Below are positions 35,101-47,662 of a DNA stretch of 64,000 nucleotides, in pieces. This stretch comes from Klebsormidium nitens. Its lineage: Eukaryota; Plantae; Klebsormidiophyceae. Within the stretch, counting starts at the first letter, position 1. Every line of letters starts with the position of its first letter. The stretch covers positions 92,400 through 156,399 of the forward strand of contig DF237135.1 in assembly GCA_000708835.1 (NCBI GenBank). Reading direction: 5' to 3'. A model generated the notes under the pieces. It saw only the letters and a program-made list of their open reading frames with translations. It did not search any database and had not been told where the DNA came from. Both the position numbers and the translations under genes were made by a program.

Positions 35101-38100
35101 ACGCGCGCATAGGAAAGGTGGGCTATGGACGTGCATCTTTTTTGCGGACGTTTGTCTATAAGCCTGCAGACGCTGCTCGCTTTTTCAGTCTGCAGAGTCG
35201 TCGTTATCGGCAATGAAATAGGTTGGCAAAACGCACGCCAAGATCGACCGATGTGTTGCTTGTCGTCTCAAGAAAGGAATTAGAAGATGCTGGGTTGAGC
35301 TGGTAATGTGTTAAGGGAGATGCGACGCTCCTTTGAGCACTCTGCAAACCTGTGAATGCTCGGCTTTTCAACGATCTGCCGCTTCAGTAGCAAGTCTCGA
35401 CTTCTGCCGACAGAGCTTCGGGCGGCCTTCTCTGCAATTTGCTAACGGACGTTCCGTTCCGCTGCAGATCATGATCTACGGAGCCATCTTCGGCTGCCTC
35501 TCGCCGGCCCTGACCGTTGCCGCGTGCCTCAGCTACAAGTCGCCTTTTGTCACGCCTAGCGATCAGGTGAGAAAAAGCATTCTAAGCAGACGTTCTCGTG
35601 TGAGCGAACGTCCGGTCCCCAGGGAAGTTGGGGAATAGATACGCAGGTCTTTGAGGACTGGTCTCTAGTAAGAAGGAGAGATCGGTGGGTATCAACTGCG
35701 GAAAGGTTTAAGTCCATGTCAACGTCTTCCGGGTAAGGTGGTCAAAGGCCCGCAGGAGCCGTCACTCTACTTCGACTGTCTGACCTGCGACTGCTTCCCA
35801 TCTTTCTTGCATTTCTCAATAACCAAGCGCCGCTCTCTCAAAACAACCTACTTCCCGTTGCAGAAGGATGCAGCGGAGCAGGCACGGACGAGCCTGGCAG
35901 CCCCGGCCGTCCGGGGAGAGCGCCCAGGGATTGCCTCCGGGCAGCAGTCGGACCACTTGGCCATGGTGGCCGCGTATGAGGGGTGGAGGCGGGCGGTCGG
36001 GACGGGCGGGGCGCCGGGCAAGCGGGCGGGGCGAGAGCACTGCAGGAAGCACTTTTTGAATCAACAGGTGGGCAGTATGAATATCATTGTCCATGGGATC
36101 CGGGGAGTGGGGAATGTGAAGTTTGGCTCAGCTCGTACGCGAATCTGGACGGAAAGGCATGAGTGACGAGACGCGATAAAGCTTGCCTCTTTGGCTTCTT
36201 CGGTAGTTTCTTCAAAAGAGAAAGAGGCGGAGACGCCGCGTTGTCTCACCTTGTGTCCATCTTTCACGCCCTCCTTGCGTGTCTAAGTTGCTCATAGTAT
36301 GCTGCCCAGCGGGTTCATCGGCTCCGGTTTGGATCCCTAACGTGGCCAACGAACCCCGGGCCCTTGTTCTGGGCGCCCAGCTTCTTGCGGTAGCTCTTAT
36401 TTCCGGAATTCAGCTGTTCCTTGACCGTCAGAAAACCCCTTTCAATGTTCCGACCGTCCCTCGGGAACTGCAGCTGATTGCTTAAAAACCGGTCCTTCTG
36501 CAGACCCTGGAGATGCTCGCGGACATGCGCGCGCAGTTTGCGACGCTCCTGGCCGACATCGGCTTCGTAGCGGACGCGACCGACTCGGGGGCCGGGCGCG
36601 GGCGGCGACGCGACGCTGCTCAGCTGGCGGATGACGTCAGCAGGCCGTGGAACGCGCACGCGACGCACCCGGCTGTGATCAAGGTGCGGCGCCGGGGTGT
36701 CTCTGTTGCTCAGCCCAAACAAGAAATAAGTTTGTGTCTTTGCAAAATTGTGTTCTAGCTTCGCGGATGCAGATTGTTTGAAGCAGGAAGAGCAGCTCTG
36801 GGCGGAAGAGATTCGCCAGCGCTGTCAACGCTGACTGTCGCATAGCAGCCGTCTGTTTATCGGGCACAATACCTGGCGAGTGTCGCTCGCGAATTCTGCG
36901 GTCGACCTTTCAAAGTCAGCTTGTTGCCCTTGTGCTCGGTTCTTCAAACCTCTTTGGGATGTGAACCTCCTAGGCTGCTTTCCGCGCCTCCAAACGTACG
37001 TGCACGGTTGGCGTACCCTGCTACCCAAAGAGCTTTATCGACCCTCTCCACGTGCTTCCACATTAGTTTGCGCGCCTAAGTCCTCCCTCCTTATGCTTAT
37101 GTCCTGGACCGCAGGAGTGTCGGACCTTTCAAAGGCATATCTTCGCGCTTTTTACGCTGTTTTGAGCAACCAAGCGGCATGCCTTACGCCCGTGCAACAC
37201 TAGTTTCTTGACCCACACATGTCTCCCGCCCTTTCAGGCTGTGTTGTGCGCTGGCCTGTACCCGCACGTGGCGGCCATTGACAAGGACAGCCTGGCAGCA
37301 GGGCACGGGCTGACGGGCAGTGGGAAAAGGCCCCGCTGGACGGATGGGCACGTGGAGGTGGCGATTCACCCCTCCAGCGTAAACCACATGGTCACCGAGT
37401 TCAAGCGGCCTTTCCTAGTGTTCCACGAAAAGGTGAGTGAAAGTGGCCCAAAGAAAAGGCGTGGTCGAAAGGGAAATCAAGTTCTGAATAAGCACCCGGT
37501 AAAGAATCTTTGAAGCGACTTTGACTAGAAGTACAGGGCCAGATTTAGAGAGAGTCAAACTGATGTGCAGTCTAGTTATGCACCTTTTTTGACGTTCGTT
37601 CATCGTCCCCTGATCCTTGCGGGGTCTTGACTTCGTAATGAGTCGATACCGTGAGGTTTGTGAGATGATTGGTGTACATTCGTTTCTAGCCTCTGGAGAT
37701 GGGACGTTCTATCGTTGCAAATTTTCTGCGCTTTGGACTCTGTCAGAGCCTTCCCCGACTCTTGAAGCACGTGACCCGGACCTCAACGCTTGAGAGGCTG
37801 CCACACTTGGCCGTCTGAACGAAGAAAATGTTGCCATCCGTACATATCGGGCTGAGCAAGTCGGCTGATTTTCGCTCCGCATCCCGCAAAGCTGGGTTGG
37901 CTTCTTCAACCATACTTTGATGGGCGTCGTCGCCAGCCTCTGTAAAATAGATTCACTTAACCGTCCTCAATGTTTCCTTGCTGACGTTCAGGTCCGGACC
38001 ACCCGCGTCTTCCTCCGGGACTGTACGGTCGTCTCCCCATATGCGTTGCTGCTCTTTGGGGGCCCCGTAATGGTGCTGCACCAGGTGAGACGGCAACCAT

Positions 38101-38773
38101 GTCGCATCGATACTATCAACTCCATGAGAAGGACTCGTACGAGCTCAACAGCACGGGTTTTAGGGTTTACAAGCTCTCGTTACAAGCCCGTTACAAGCTC
38201 TCGTTTTCGACACGTCTTGCTTCTTACGTGGTGTACTTATTGCGATCTGTGCGTCGGTGCTTGGTCCCTCTGGTCTGAGGAACCGCGGCTTTGAGCAGGC
38301 GGTAGAGGATAAAGCTCCTGACAGCCACCGTCGAGGGAGAATAGGACAATGCGTCATGGCTTGGAAGTCCCTCTGATGTTCTTGTCGCAAGTACCAGCAT
38401 TTTAGAGCAACTTTCCGGGTTTCCATTTCTAGCTGTCCGGATCAATCTTGTACACTTCTGCCGGTGGCAAATTTCAGTAAGGTGGTCCGAGGCTTATACA
38501 GGAATTGAGCGAGGTCTTTGAATTTGGAATGCTGGTCCTATCGAAGTTGCATTCTTTCGGCCTGCGCAGGAAGGGCGCATCGTGGTCGACGGCTGGCTGG
38601 ACATGAACGCGCCAGCACAGACTGCGGTCCTCTTTAAGGAACTGCGGAAGAAACTCGACGCCTTCTTGGTCGGCAAAGTCGACCGGAAGAGGTCGTCAAC
38701 GGCGTCCTTCGACAAAGAGCTGATGGAATCTTTAGCTCGGCTCTTGATTGACGAGGACAAGCCGTCGATATGA
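26140..38773 (+). CDS. DExH-box ATP-dependent RNA helicase, DExH7/DHX29-like (~1521 aa, 22 exons)
   Basis: Exons 26140-26451, 26777-26882, 27082-27332, 27605-27812, 28119-28818, 29215-29345, 29736-30124, 30521-30708, 31058-31270, 31571-31757, 32107-32268, 32683-32868, 33289-33369, 33901-34041, 34478-34672, 34977-35117, 35468-35566, 35864-36067, 36504-36683, 37238-37432, 37992-38084, 38570-38773. Motifs [50 protein letters not shown], plus HA2/OB C-terminus. The N-terminal [15 protein letters not shown] and [18 protein letters not shown] match the plant DExH7 type as I recall it. Confidence 0.95.
33733..33853 (+). pseudogene. Decayed duplicate of the acceptor and start of helicase exon 14, inside intron 13
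   Basis: 33750-33798 matches 33881-33929 at 42/49 nt. The acceptor AG has become GC. It translates as [10 protein letters not shown] versus the real [10 protein letters not shown]. Confidence 0.8.
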
Positions 38774-40008
38774 CGCTGTCAGAGCGGGGAATTGAAAAAT
38801 TGAGGCGTAAGGCCGGTCGCCTCTGTGCTTTACACAACATGGCCATTGTTTGAATCAAAATCGCGACCCTCGCGTGTCACGGTGACTTGTCATTGCAGGG
38901 GCGAACTTGCCCTGCAATTGCACACGCGTTCATCCAAGTAAGTATCGCAGAGATCTAACAATGAGAGTTGGCGGTCCATGCAAGAGAGAGCGTACGTGGG
39001 CCGCCATCATCGATCGTCAAATGCAATCGCGGTCACCTTTTGTGCTGAGCGATATCATGCACAGCATGCACATATCATGCGGCTATCATCCATATGCGTA
39101 GCTATACAGAGCATTTGCTACCGCGCTTGATCATGTATTTATATGGTAAGTCCCTGGGCAACCTGTACGTACGGAAACGACCACTAGAGATGATCATCTA
39201 TAGAACGCCTATGTTACTGAGCTGTTTGCAACCAGATGGTCCTTCTGTGTTGTGTTATGTAGATTCTAGTCATGTCACCATTATTCACTAATGCATGCAC
39301 AAGCTCAGTATATCAAGTAAACGTGTCATGCATCATACATGCAAGCCAGACTTTACCTTCGAATACGTACATATCATTGCCAGCGCGCGCCATCTGTAAT
39401 GTGGATCCATGCAAGTCAACTCACATGAGGGGCCAGCGCCCCACCAGGCTTGGATAAACCAGGCTTAATTCGAAATTAAGGCCAATGTTGATTATGCTTG
39501 GTAGCTTTCCATGCAGAATCCTTTTATAAAGATGCAGGTGATCCACCGCACGCAAAAGATCCATGTCATGCCGGATCATCATAAATCGATCTTGTATGCA
39601 TGTGACGAGCTTGACGATTCGGCGCCTTTGCTTGAGCTCGAAGTTTGAAGCCATTGTGGGCCGGGTTCAACCGATCTTTTAGCAGATGTACGAGGAGAAA
39701 AGAATTAGCGGCTAGAGCTTGCAGCAACACCTTATGCCCGCTAGCAATCGCCAAAAGTTGAGAGCTTTATTAGTGACCAATACATGCGCTTGTGCGCACC
39801 GTTGTCAGCAATCTGTTCAGGACTAGCTGTTACGAAAGCTTGGTGATCTGCGGTTGATCTAATTTAGCAACTCGAAGAGCCTTTGCTGTACGCGCGGTCA
39901 AGTGTTCCCCTTAAGGTTCTCAATACTGTACAAGGCGAAACTCATCACTTTTTACCGTTCAATCAAACGGTACGCAGTAGTATAGACCAGACGCCCAGTA
40001 TCAGTAGG

Positions 40009-42283
40009 TCACAGACAGCCTTGGCGGGCCAGCACGTTCAGTAAAGCTGACGCATCCGGTTGTACTGGGAAGCATTTGCCTAGCGTGGCCTCCAAGTGCT
40101 CGAGGGAGTAGTCCCCTGATTTGGTGGCGTGGCCGGCAGACGGCTCCCCGCCTTCCAGCTTTCGGGAGTGGCGCTTGCTTGCTTTCCGCAGCCACTCGTG
40201 CAGCGAGAGCAGTCGGTAGTGGTTCAAACGGGCAGGAGAGTGGATGGAGCGGCTGGCAAAAGGGCCCGGGGGATCGATGATGCCACCTGAGAAAGGAGAA
40301 CATAAGAACCGAGGTCAGAAGTATATAGCTGGGAATCTTGTGAAGAGGATTGTCAATCAGGTAGTGGAGGTGAGCCTTTAAGGAAGCGTGATTCAGTCCT
40401 GCCTTGTAACATCCACGTGGAAGCAGATGAGCTGGAAATCGGAAATCTGCAGCGGGCAACCAACGAGCTCAAGCCGGGGGTCTTGACTGGCCCTATCTTT
40501 CAAGATAAGCACTGAAATTGTCATTGTGGGAGGAATATCGCAGGCTTTGCGATCAGTTCGCAAAGGCCGGCCTCAACGCCAGTACATGGGCGACGAACGT
40601 GCTACTCAATACTGCTATTAGACTGCTAACTAAGACTGGAGTGTCCGACTTCATATCAGCAACAAGGAACACGCTGCTTACATAAGCCGTTCTGAAACCT
40701 CTTTCCTTAGAGCCCTCACCTGACACGTCAAACTGGTGAAAGCCATCTTTCAGGATCACGTAGTGCGGGTGCTGCGTCCTCTCAAACGCGCCCGCCCGCA
40801 CAAACGTCTTCACGTGGTGCCAGTCGTCCCCCCCGTCCTTGCACGCATACCGGACGTCCAACAGCGCAAACGCCGGGTCCGGCAGGCTGATTGCGTCCGA
40901 GTGCATCATCCGCCACGTGAAACTCACGGAGCCCACGTTTGGCCGCCCCCCCGCAAACCCATCCAAAAAGCTGTCCAGCCGCTCGTTTGGGTCGTCGAAA
41001 ACGACATACTCGTCGACGTCGAGCGGCCCGACCCACTTCGCCCCTCGCGCTAGTTCGCGCTCGATGCACGTGTAGTAGATGATCACCTGGTCCGTCTCCC
41101 AGTTCCGCCCGGGCTCCTTCTCCCACTTGACATAGTCCACAAACCCGCTGTACGCGGCCGCGACTTCTGCCGTGCCATCCGTGGACCCGTCATCGTACAG
41201 CACAACCTTGCTCACCCCGAGATAGTAATAGTAGTTCAGCCACTGCGCCAGAGCTTGTTCCTCGTTCCTAACCATGGCGCACACGCTCACCCCCCCGAGC
41301 CGTTCTTCCGGGTGCATCTTGGCGACATCGCAGCGGGGCAACTGCACGCTCGAGGGGGGGGGACGGGAAGCAAACTCCACCGGCTTTGAATCGTCCAGGT
41401 TCGTCAAGTGCTTGAACCACGCAAACCCCGGCTCGCCCCCCCCGGTGTGACCCAGAAGCTCCGGCCGGTCACCATAGAACTTTTCCTCGTCTAGTTGCAG
41501 CGAACCGTTGTTCCATCTGTCAAACAGCACGCCCGCCCGTCCCCAAACCTCGTTCCCCCGTGGAATGACGTCCTCCTCAACGGTCTGCCACGCCCGCGCT
41601 CCAATGTTTTGGGGGGGCGCTTCGATCGGGCAGTGGGCAATCGGAAGAGGGGCGTCCGTGGCAAGAGGGGCTTCTGGCAGATCGACATTTCCAGAGAAGG
41701 GAGGGGTTTCAGGAACAGGCTCGGATTCAGGCCTCAAGGCAACTAGAGGGGGATGCTGGAACTCGAGCAGGAGACGGGGTTCCAGCAGTACCCGTGGCCC
41801 GAGGAGAAAGCGCGTGTTGGAGCGCGCAGTGTGGCCCAGAAAGTAGGCGGCCGCCGCGAGCAGGATGAAGGAGACCAGGACAAAGAGCCGCCGCTCGGTG
41901 GAAAACAGCTCCGAGGCCTTCATTTCGCCTTCTGTTCTGTGGTCCGGTGGGACAGGATGAGGAGCAGTTTTGGATGGCGTGGCGGGCTCGGTTGGGGAGT
42001 TGTCAGAATGCCCGGTAGGGAGCTCCAGGGGTGTTATCTGAAAGCGGCCTCCACCGGCAACTTTGAAGGGACTGCAGAACTCGTGTGTGGTTTCCCAGCA
42101 AGCGGCCCAGCACCTACGGGGGTGTCCTTTCGCCGCGGGGGTGCCGTACACAGGACTCGCTGGTAGGGGCAGCCACACCGAGTGTTCAACGGCAGTCCCT
42201 GCAGAAGAACCATCTGCTGGGTTTGGATGAAAGCTCCTGGTTACGTGGGACCCTTGTGAGGTAGGACCACTGTGCGGAGCCAT
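40009..42283 (-). CDS. Type II membrane glycosyltransferase, GT92/DUF23 or Glyco_tranf_2_4-like (~613 aa, 2 coding exons)
   Basis: Exons 42283-40720 and 40286-40009 (phase 1). TM LFVLVSFILLAAAAYFLG, Pro-rich stem, GT-A core VSVCAMVRNEEQALAQWLNYYYYLGVSKVVLYDDGSTDG, DxD motif LDVDEY, and C-terminal RLNHYRLLSLHEWLRK. A perfect GAG|GTAAGT donor at 42843 (-) may mark a 5'-UTR intron. Confidence 0.85.
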
Positions 42284-43801
42284 TGGAGAGTCTTCTAGAC
42301 TCTTCCACCCTTCAGGAGCCTAGCTTTTGAGGTGGTATGACATCAGTCTGTAAGGACTCAGCTCCCAAGCTACAGCATTGCAAGGGCTGAGATTGTGCCC
42401 TGATCAGCTAAGACTAGTTGGAGATCAACACTTGTGTTACGATAAGCAATGACAGCTGTGACAGGTGTCCATTCCCTTGTGCTTCAGCTGGACATGCAGA
42501 CATGGAAACCGTCCTTCCCATATTCTGAGCCTCTGAAAGATCCTTTGCTTTCCCATAGACGAGTCAGAGGGCACACAGTCTTCACTGAGCAGCTAGGAGC
42601 TAAGAATCAGCTTAGTGCAGAAGCCCCCAGCTTCCGACAGGCAAGTGCACACCTCTACCCAGCACTGCTCAGTTTTTAGGAATGCAAGCACGCCAAAAGC
42701 AGACACGGCATTGTATTTCTGAAGGGCCCCTGACAGCTCTTCCAAGCTTGGCTGTTCCAAAGTGTCAGAACAGCTCCTGGATCGATTCAAAAGCAGTGAG
42801 TGCAGAAAGCTTCTTTGCCACTCTATGAGTGCACAGACTTACCTCAGGCTCAAGCCTCCTCAGGCTCTCCTTCACGGGTGGCTGGCGGCCTTGGGCGTCA
42901 GCAGAAGCTTTCTCTCTTCACGCTTCGTCTTCCTCCAACTGAGAACGTGCAGCGATTTGTCAGGCGTGTTCGTTGAACTTCCGGCGTTCCTTGGACTTCC
43001 AGGCCAAAACTTTGCCAGCTCGAATTTGGGAGCACCGAGTGGCCGTTGGGATTTCCAGGTAACGATTCGTCGATGCGCCACCGTCGATGCACGATCGATC
43101 CGAGGGTTGCCAATCTGCTTGTGTCTGACGTATCATTGATGAACTTAGCCGCGCGCCGTACGCCGCGGCCGCGCCAGACCGATAATGGTGGATTGGTTAT
43201 GCATGAGGTTTACCGCTTACTATAAGATTTTCACCCCGTCCTAGATCCTAATGGCCTGTGCAATGCACCATGTGCTTCGAAGAGTGGGGGCGATGAGCTC
43301 GAGGAGAGGCTATGGCGGCCAATCTGGCAATCTGTGAATCAGGTGAATCTCTTATCTTCAGTGCTGTCTCTAGGAGCTGTGTATCAGCTGTGGGGCAGCT
43401 GCTCTAAATTGAGCAAAAGTAATTTGTGTTGGAAGTAGCAATCAGCAACCCTTCAAGCTGACTACCTTTCCATCAATCGAGCCGCTTATTCAGCCAATCA
43501 AGTCAGAGCTTGTGGGAGCTGGTGATCAACTCAACGTTCAAAGGTCAAGCCAACCTTGGAGTTGACAAACTCTGATACCTTGATCTTGCTATACAGCTCC
43601 ATGTACTACAGTCAGGTGGCATTTTGTCACCTATTCTAGTCATCAAGTTGTACAGAGAAAAAATTGCCCCTAGCACCACTGCTAGGTAGCATCAGTTGTC
43701 CACCTTCAGTGGTGAAAGACCACTTTCTGCCTTGAAAAATGTATATATAAACGGTTTGAATTCAGCAGGTTTTTGATTTCCTGCTCCAGTTCCGGGGGTG
43801 C

Positions 43802-46800
43802 ATGATGGCGGCTGCTGAAGGCAATGAGTTGACGAGGGCGCATCACCTAGAAGCTGCTGATCAACCCCCCCAAGCAGGGGACGAAAGCATTGAGCCCGAG
43901 ATGGGCTCCTCGCAAGCCAACGGGGCGGCCGCTTTCGGCCGGCAGACTGCCGGGGGGGGCTACGTCCGTGTTAAGCTGGCTGAGAAAGACACGTCAGGTT
44001 TCAGTGGCAGAGACACTGAGGGTGGGCCTCCGGTGGGGTGCTGGCTACCCCTCTCGAGAACGCAGACCGCACTCGCAGCGGCGGGGGTGTGCTTGCTTGT
44101 CCTGGTTGTGATTGCATTCGGCACAGGCCTTGGATCACCTCGCTCACCAAAGTCTACAACGTACGGTCAGCTGGGCGAGATCTCGCAGTGCGTGAGAGCG
44201 CCGGTAGGGGGGGAGAAGCCCACGCTGATCCTGATCTCATCAGACGGGTTTCGGTGGGACTACTTGTTCAAGGTGCCGACGCCAAACATCGACAGGCTGA
44301 GGATGCAGGGCACCGAGACGGCGACGGGCATGATGCCCATGTACCCGTCCATTACGTTCCCCAACCACTGTATCCCCCACTCTAGTTGCCCGGATTGGAT
44401 TGCCTTCTAGTTGCTCCGATTTTTTTGCGTTGCCCTCCTTCTGGCTTCTTAGCTTTGACTCTGGTTGTTCCAGAATTCAGAATCTGTACGGTTGATGATG
44501 AGTGTCATCTGTTCGGCTGTCTCGTAAAATATGGCCCATACACACCTGAGATCTGAGATGAGGCCTTCCGCAAGAGCAGAAGAAGCGACGCGCTGTTCTC
44601 CAGTATCTTGTCTTCTGGGCACAAACATCTCTACGTCAATCTCATCAGTGTCAGCCCCTCTCCCTGTATCACTTCACATCGTCAGTCGTCCTTGACCCCG
44701 CCCTTTGACACCGCCAGACTCCATTGTGACTGGGCTGCACCCTGAGTCCCACGGCATTATCGCCAACTACTTTCGACCGGCGGACAACACGAGTGAACAG
44801 TTCTCCATGGCCAACCACGACGCGCGCTGGTGGCTGGGGGAGCCCATGTGGGTGACTGCGCGCAAACAGGGCCTCACCGCCGCGGCGTTCTTTTGGTGGG
44901 TGCTGCCTGCATGGTCTCTCCTCATTGTCATCCTTGCGTGATGTTTGCAGCGATCATTTGATCTAAGCAGCCCTGTGGGACTCCCGTCTTAGGTTTGGCC
45001 GAAGATTTGGCTGCCACTGTAGTCAAAGCCGAACCACTTTTCGATTCCATTTTGTCGTCGAATCTGATGTTCAGCTGCAGAGTTGACCTTCCCAGGACTA
45101 GGAAGGATTTTGCAGGAGAAAGGTACCAGACATCCGCAAGAGGAAAGCGGGTTTTCTGCCATCGCTCAGCCGCCGGTCGGCTGCCATTAATCAGATGCCA
45201 CGATGCGTTTCTTCTTCAGGCTTCTACCTGAAATTCGCTAATCCGACATGCCCCCTTGTATCTTCCGTCAACATATCCTGAACCCATTTTCTCTAACCCG
45301 AAACAATAACTCCCTGCTGCAGGCCTGGCGCGGAGGTGATTAAGCCCGACTGGCCGTGCGATCCTGAGTACTGCCCCCGCTACAACAGCGCTTTACCATA
45401 CGAAGACCGTGTAGATCGTGTTTTGGGTTGGCTGGACTTGCCCCCCGAACAGCGGCCGCAGTTCATGACCATGTACATGGAAGACCCCGACCATTGGGGG
45501 CACCGGGTGAGCTTTAGTTTTGGGTTATTCCGGGTTTCCGGTATAGGATTCTCGTGGGTGTCGGCCTGGCTGATTGTTCCTGGGGGCAGCAGAAGATCAT
45601 GAGTGTATTCGTTCTTTAGGGGCAGCAGGTGATGCTTAAAAGGTTTCAGATTACCGCTTGGTTTGTGGTTGTGAATTTGATTTATGAGAATGCGCTTTGA
45701 GAGACGCAGATTGGGTTTCGGAGGAGTCGTGGTTTTGTTAGGTGTCAGGCACGCTTCTGTGGCTCTCACCGTTCACTCCGCCCCGTCGGCTCGACTCTGT
45801 TATTCCTTTCAGCCTCTGCTTGGGATCCCTTGCCTTCACACTTCTTCTACTTTACGGGCATCGTCGACTCTCTTGCAATCTTCTGGTCTGACGACTCTCT
45901 TGCGATCTTCTGGTCTGAAGTCTCACAATTCGCCCTAGGGTCCACTTCGTATCTGATCGATCGATCGATCTTACTCATTTGTTCCAGACCATCCTAAGAG
46001 AGTCACCCGTCAATTCCCATAACTGGTCCCCAGTCCGCATGCAGGGAACTGTTCAAGATCTTTGAGCTCTGCGCTGTTTCGAAGTCCGCCGCAATCGATA
46101 ACTTGTAAGGTTCCACATTACTGATTTTACTGCGCCATGTTCAGGTGGGCCCCGACGCCCCCCAGATCGACGCGGCCGTGACACGTGTCGACGCCATGAT
46201 TGGCCGGCTGCTGGACGGCCTGGAGACACGTGGCATCCTAAACACGACCCACGTGATCATGGTGGGCGACCACGGTATGACGTCAGTGTGCGAGTGCAAG
46301 GACATTTACCTGGAGGACCTCGCGCCCTGGGTTGATCTGCCCATGGACTGGGTCAACACGGAGTCGTGAGCCAGCGCTGCTATTCCCCATCTCTTTTCCT
46401 TTTTTGGGTGTCTTTGTTATCCTACTCTATTTTGCTCTTCTTTACAAGTGCTTGTTATATGCAGCCTTGACCGTTTGATAAGTTGACGGCCCGGCAAAGT
46501 TGATGCATATGCAGCGCTGCAATCTAGTTTGCACGCATTGAGGTTGCCACTGTCCTTTTCCTTTGTTTTCCGATTTATGAACATGCAACGAGAGTCAGTG
46601 GGGATGAGATTGAAGACGGCAGAGCCGGATGACGGTCAGAACGCAATTCATGCGTTAGCAGAAAGTAGCAAACACCTGTTTGAACCATCTCTTACACTGC
46701 TTTGTCTTCGTTGTTGCTCGAACCCAATCGAAGTTCCGTGTCTTTGGCGAAAATTTCAATCTAGACAGGTCCAATCTCGACTTTCGCTGCGTTCACTTTG

Positions 46801-47662
46801 TTTCCCCTTGCGCAGCCCGTGTCCTTTTCAACCTTTACGGTTGTTCTTCTTACATCCGCCATCCGAGCAACTTTCTCTCATTACCTTGCACGAAGAACAT
46901 TGTGCTTTGTGTATCCTGTGCTACCTTCGCTTGGTGCAAACGGGCCACAAGCCTGAGGATCGGATCGCGGGTACTGATGTCCACCCCCCCTCCGGCGTTG
47001 CAGCCCGATCATTTTACTGCTGCTCTCTCCTCGCGCTGCGCGTGCCGTCTCCCCTTAAAGTGCAATCTTATGCTACTACTTTACTTGGTGCGGTCCGATG
47101 TGATATCGGCGTCCCGTGAAGAGACTGATTGTCTACTCGCTGATAGTTCAGGACACGCCGACTGTTAGAGCCACCGTTTTTACTGTAACACGATTCTCCG
47201 TTCTGCTCGTGCAGCCCGGTCCTTTCCCTGCTACCCCCCCCTGACGTCGACGTGCGTGCCCTCCACGCCAACATCTCCCGGGCACTTGCTCCGGGGGGCA
47301 TTTCCAACGGCGAGTTCCTGTCTTTGTACCTCAAGGAGGACATCTCCGAGCGTTTCCACTATTCCCACAGCCCGCGAATCGCGCCGATAGTGGGGATCGT
47401 GGCCGAAGGCTACACCGTCCGCAAAACGCGGGCGGAGAAGGAGGGGATCCAGTGCGGGGGGGTGCACGGGTTCGACAACGCGCTGTTTTCGATGCGGACC
47501 ATCTTCTTCGGGCGGGGGCCCCGGTTTGGAGTGAGGAATGTGGTGCCGACGTTCCGAAACATTGAGCTGTACGAGGTCATGTGCGATATACTGGGGCTCG
47601 AGCCCGCACCTAACAACGGCACGGCAGGCTTCAAGGAGACGGTGCTGAGAAGATCCTGCTAA
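43802..47662 (+). CDS. Ecto-nucleotide pyrophosphatase/phosphodiesterase (alkaline phosphatase superfamily), membrane-anchored, ~532 aa, 5 exons
   Basis: Exons 43802-44369, 44718-44895, 45323-45506, 46145-46365, 47215-47662. TM AAAGVCLLVLVVIAFG. Metal and catalytic motifs [54 protein letters not shown]. Confidence 0.93.
45866..45918. repeat. 27-bp tandem duplication in NPP intron
   Basis: gactctcttgc(a/g)atcttctggtctga at 45866 and 45893. Confidence 0.85.

Noticed and set aside
39500-39600. Minus-strand IYDDPA*HGSF, reminiscent of a Polinton integrase N-terminus
   Set aside because: Too short, interrupted by stops, with no downstream integrase motifs.
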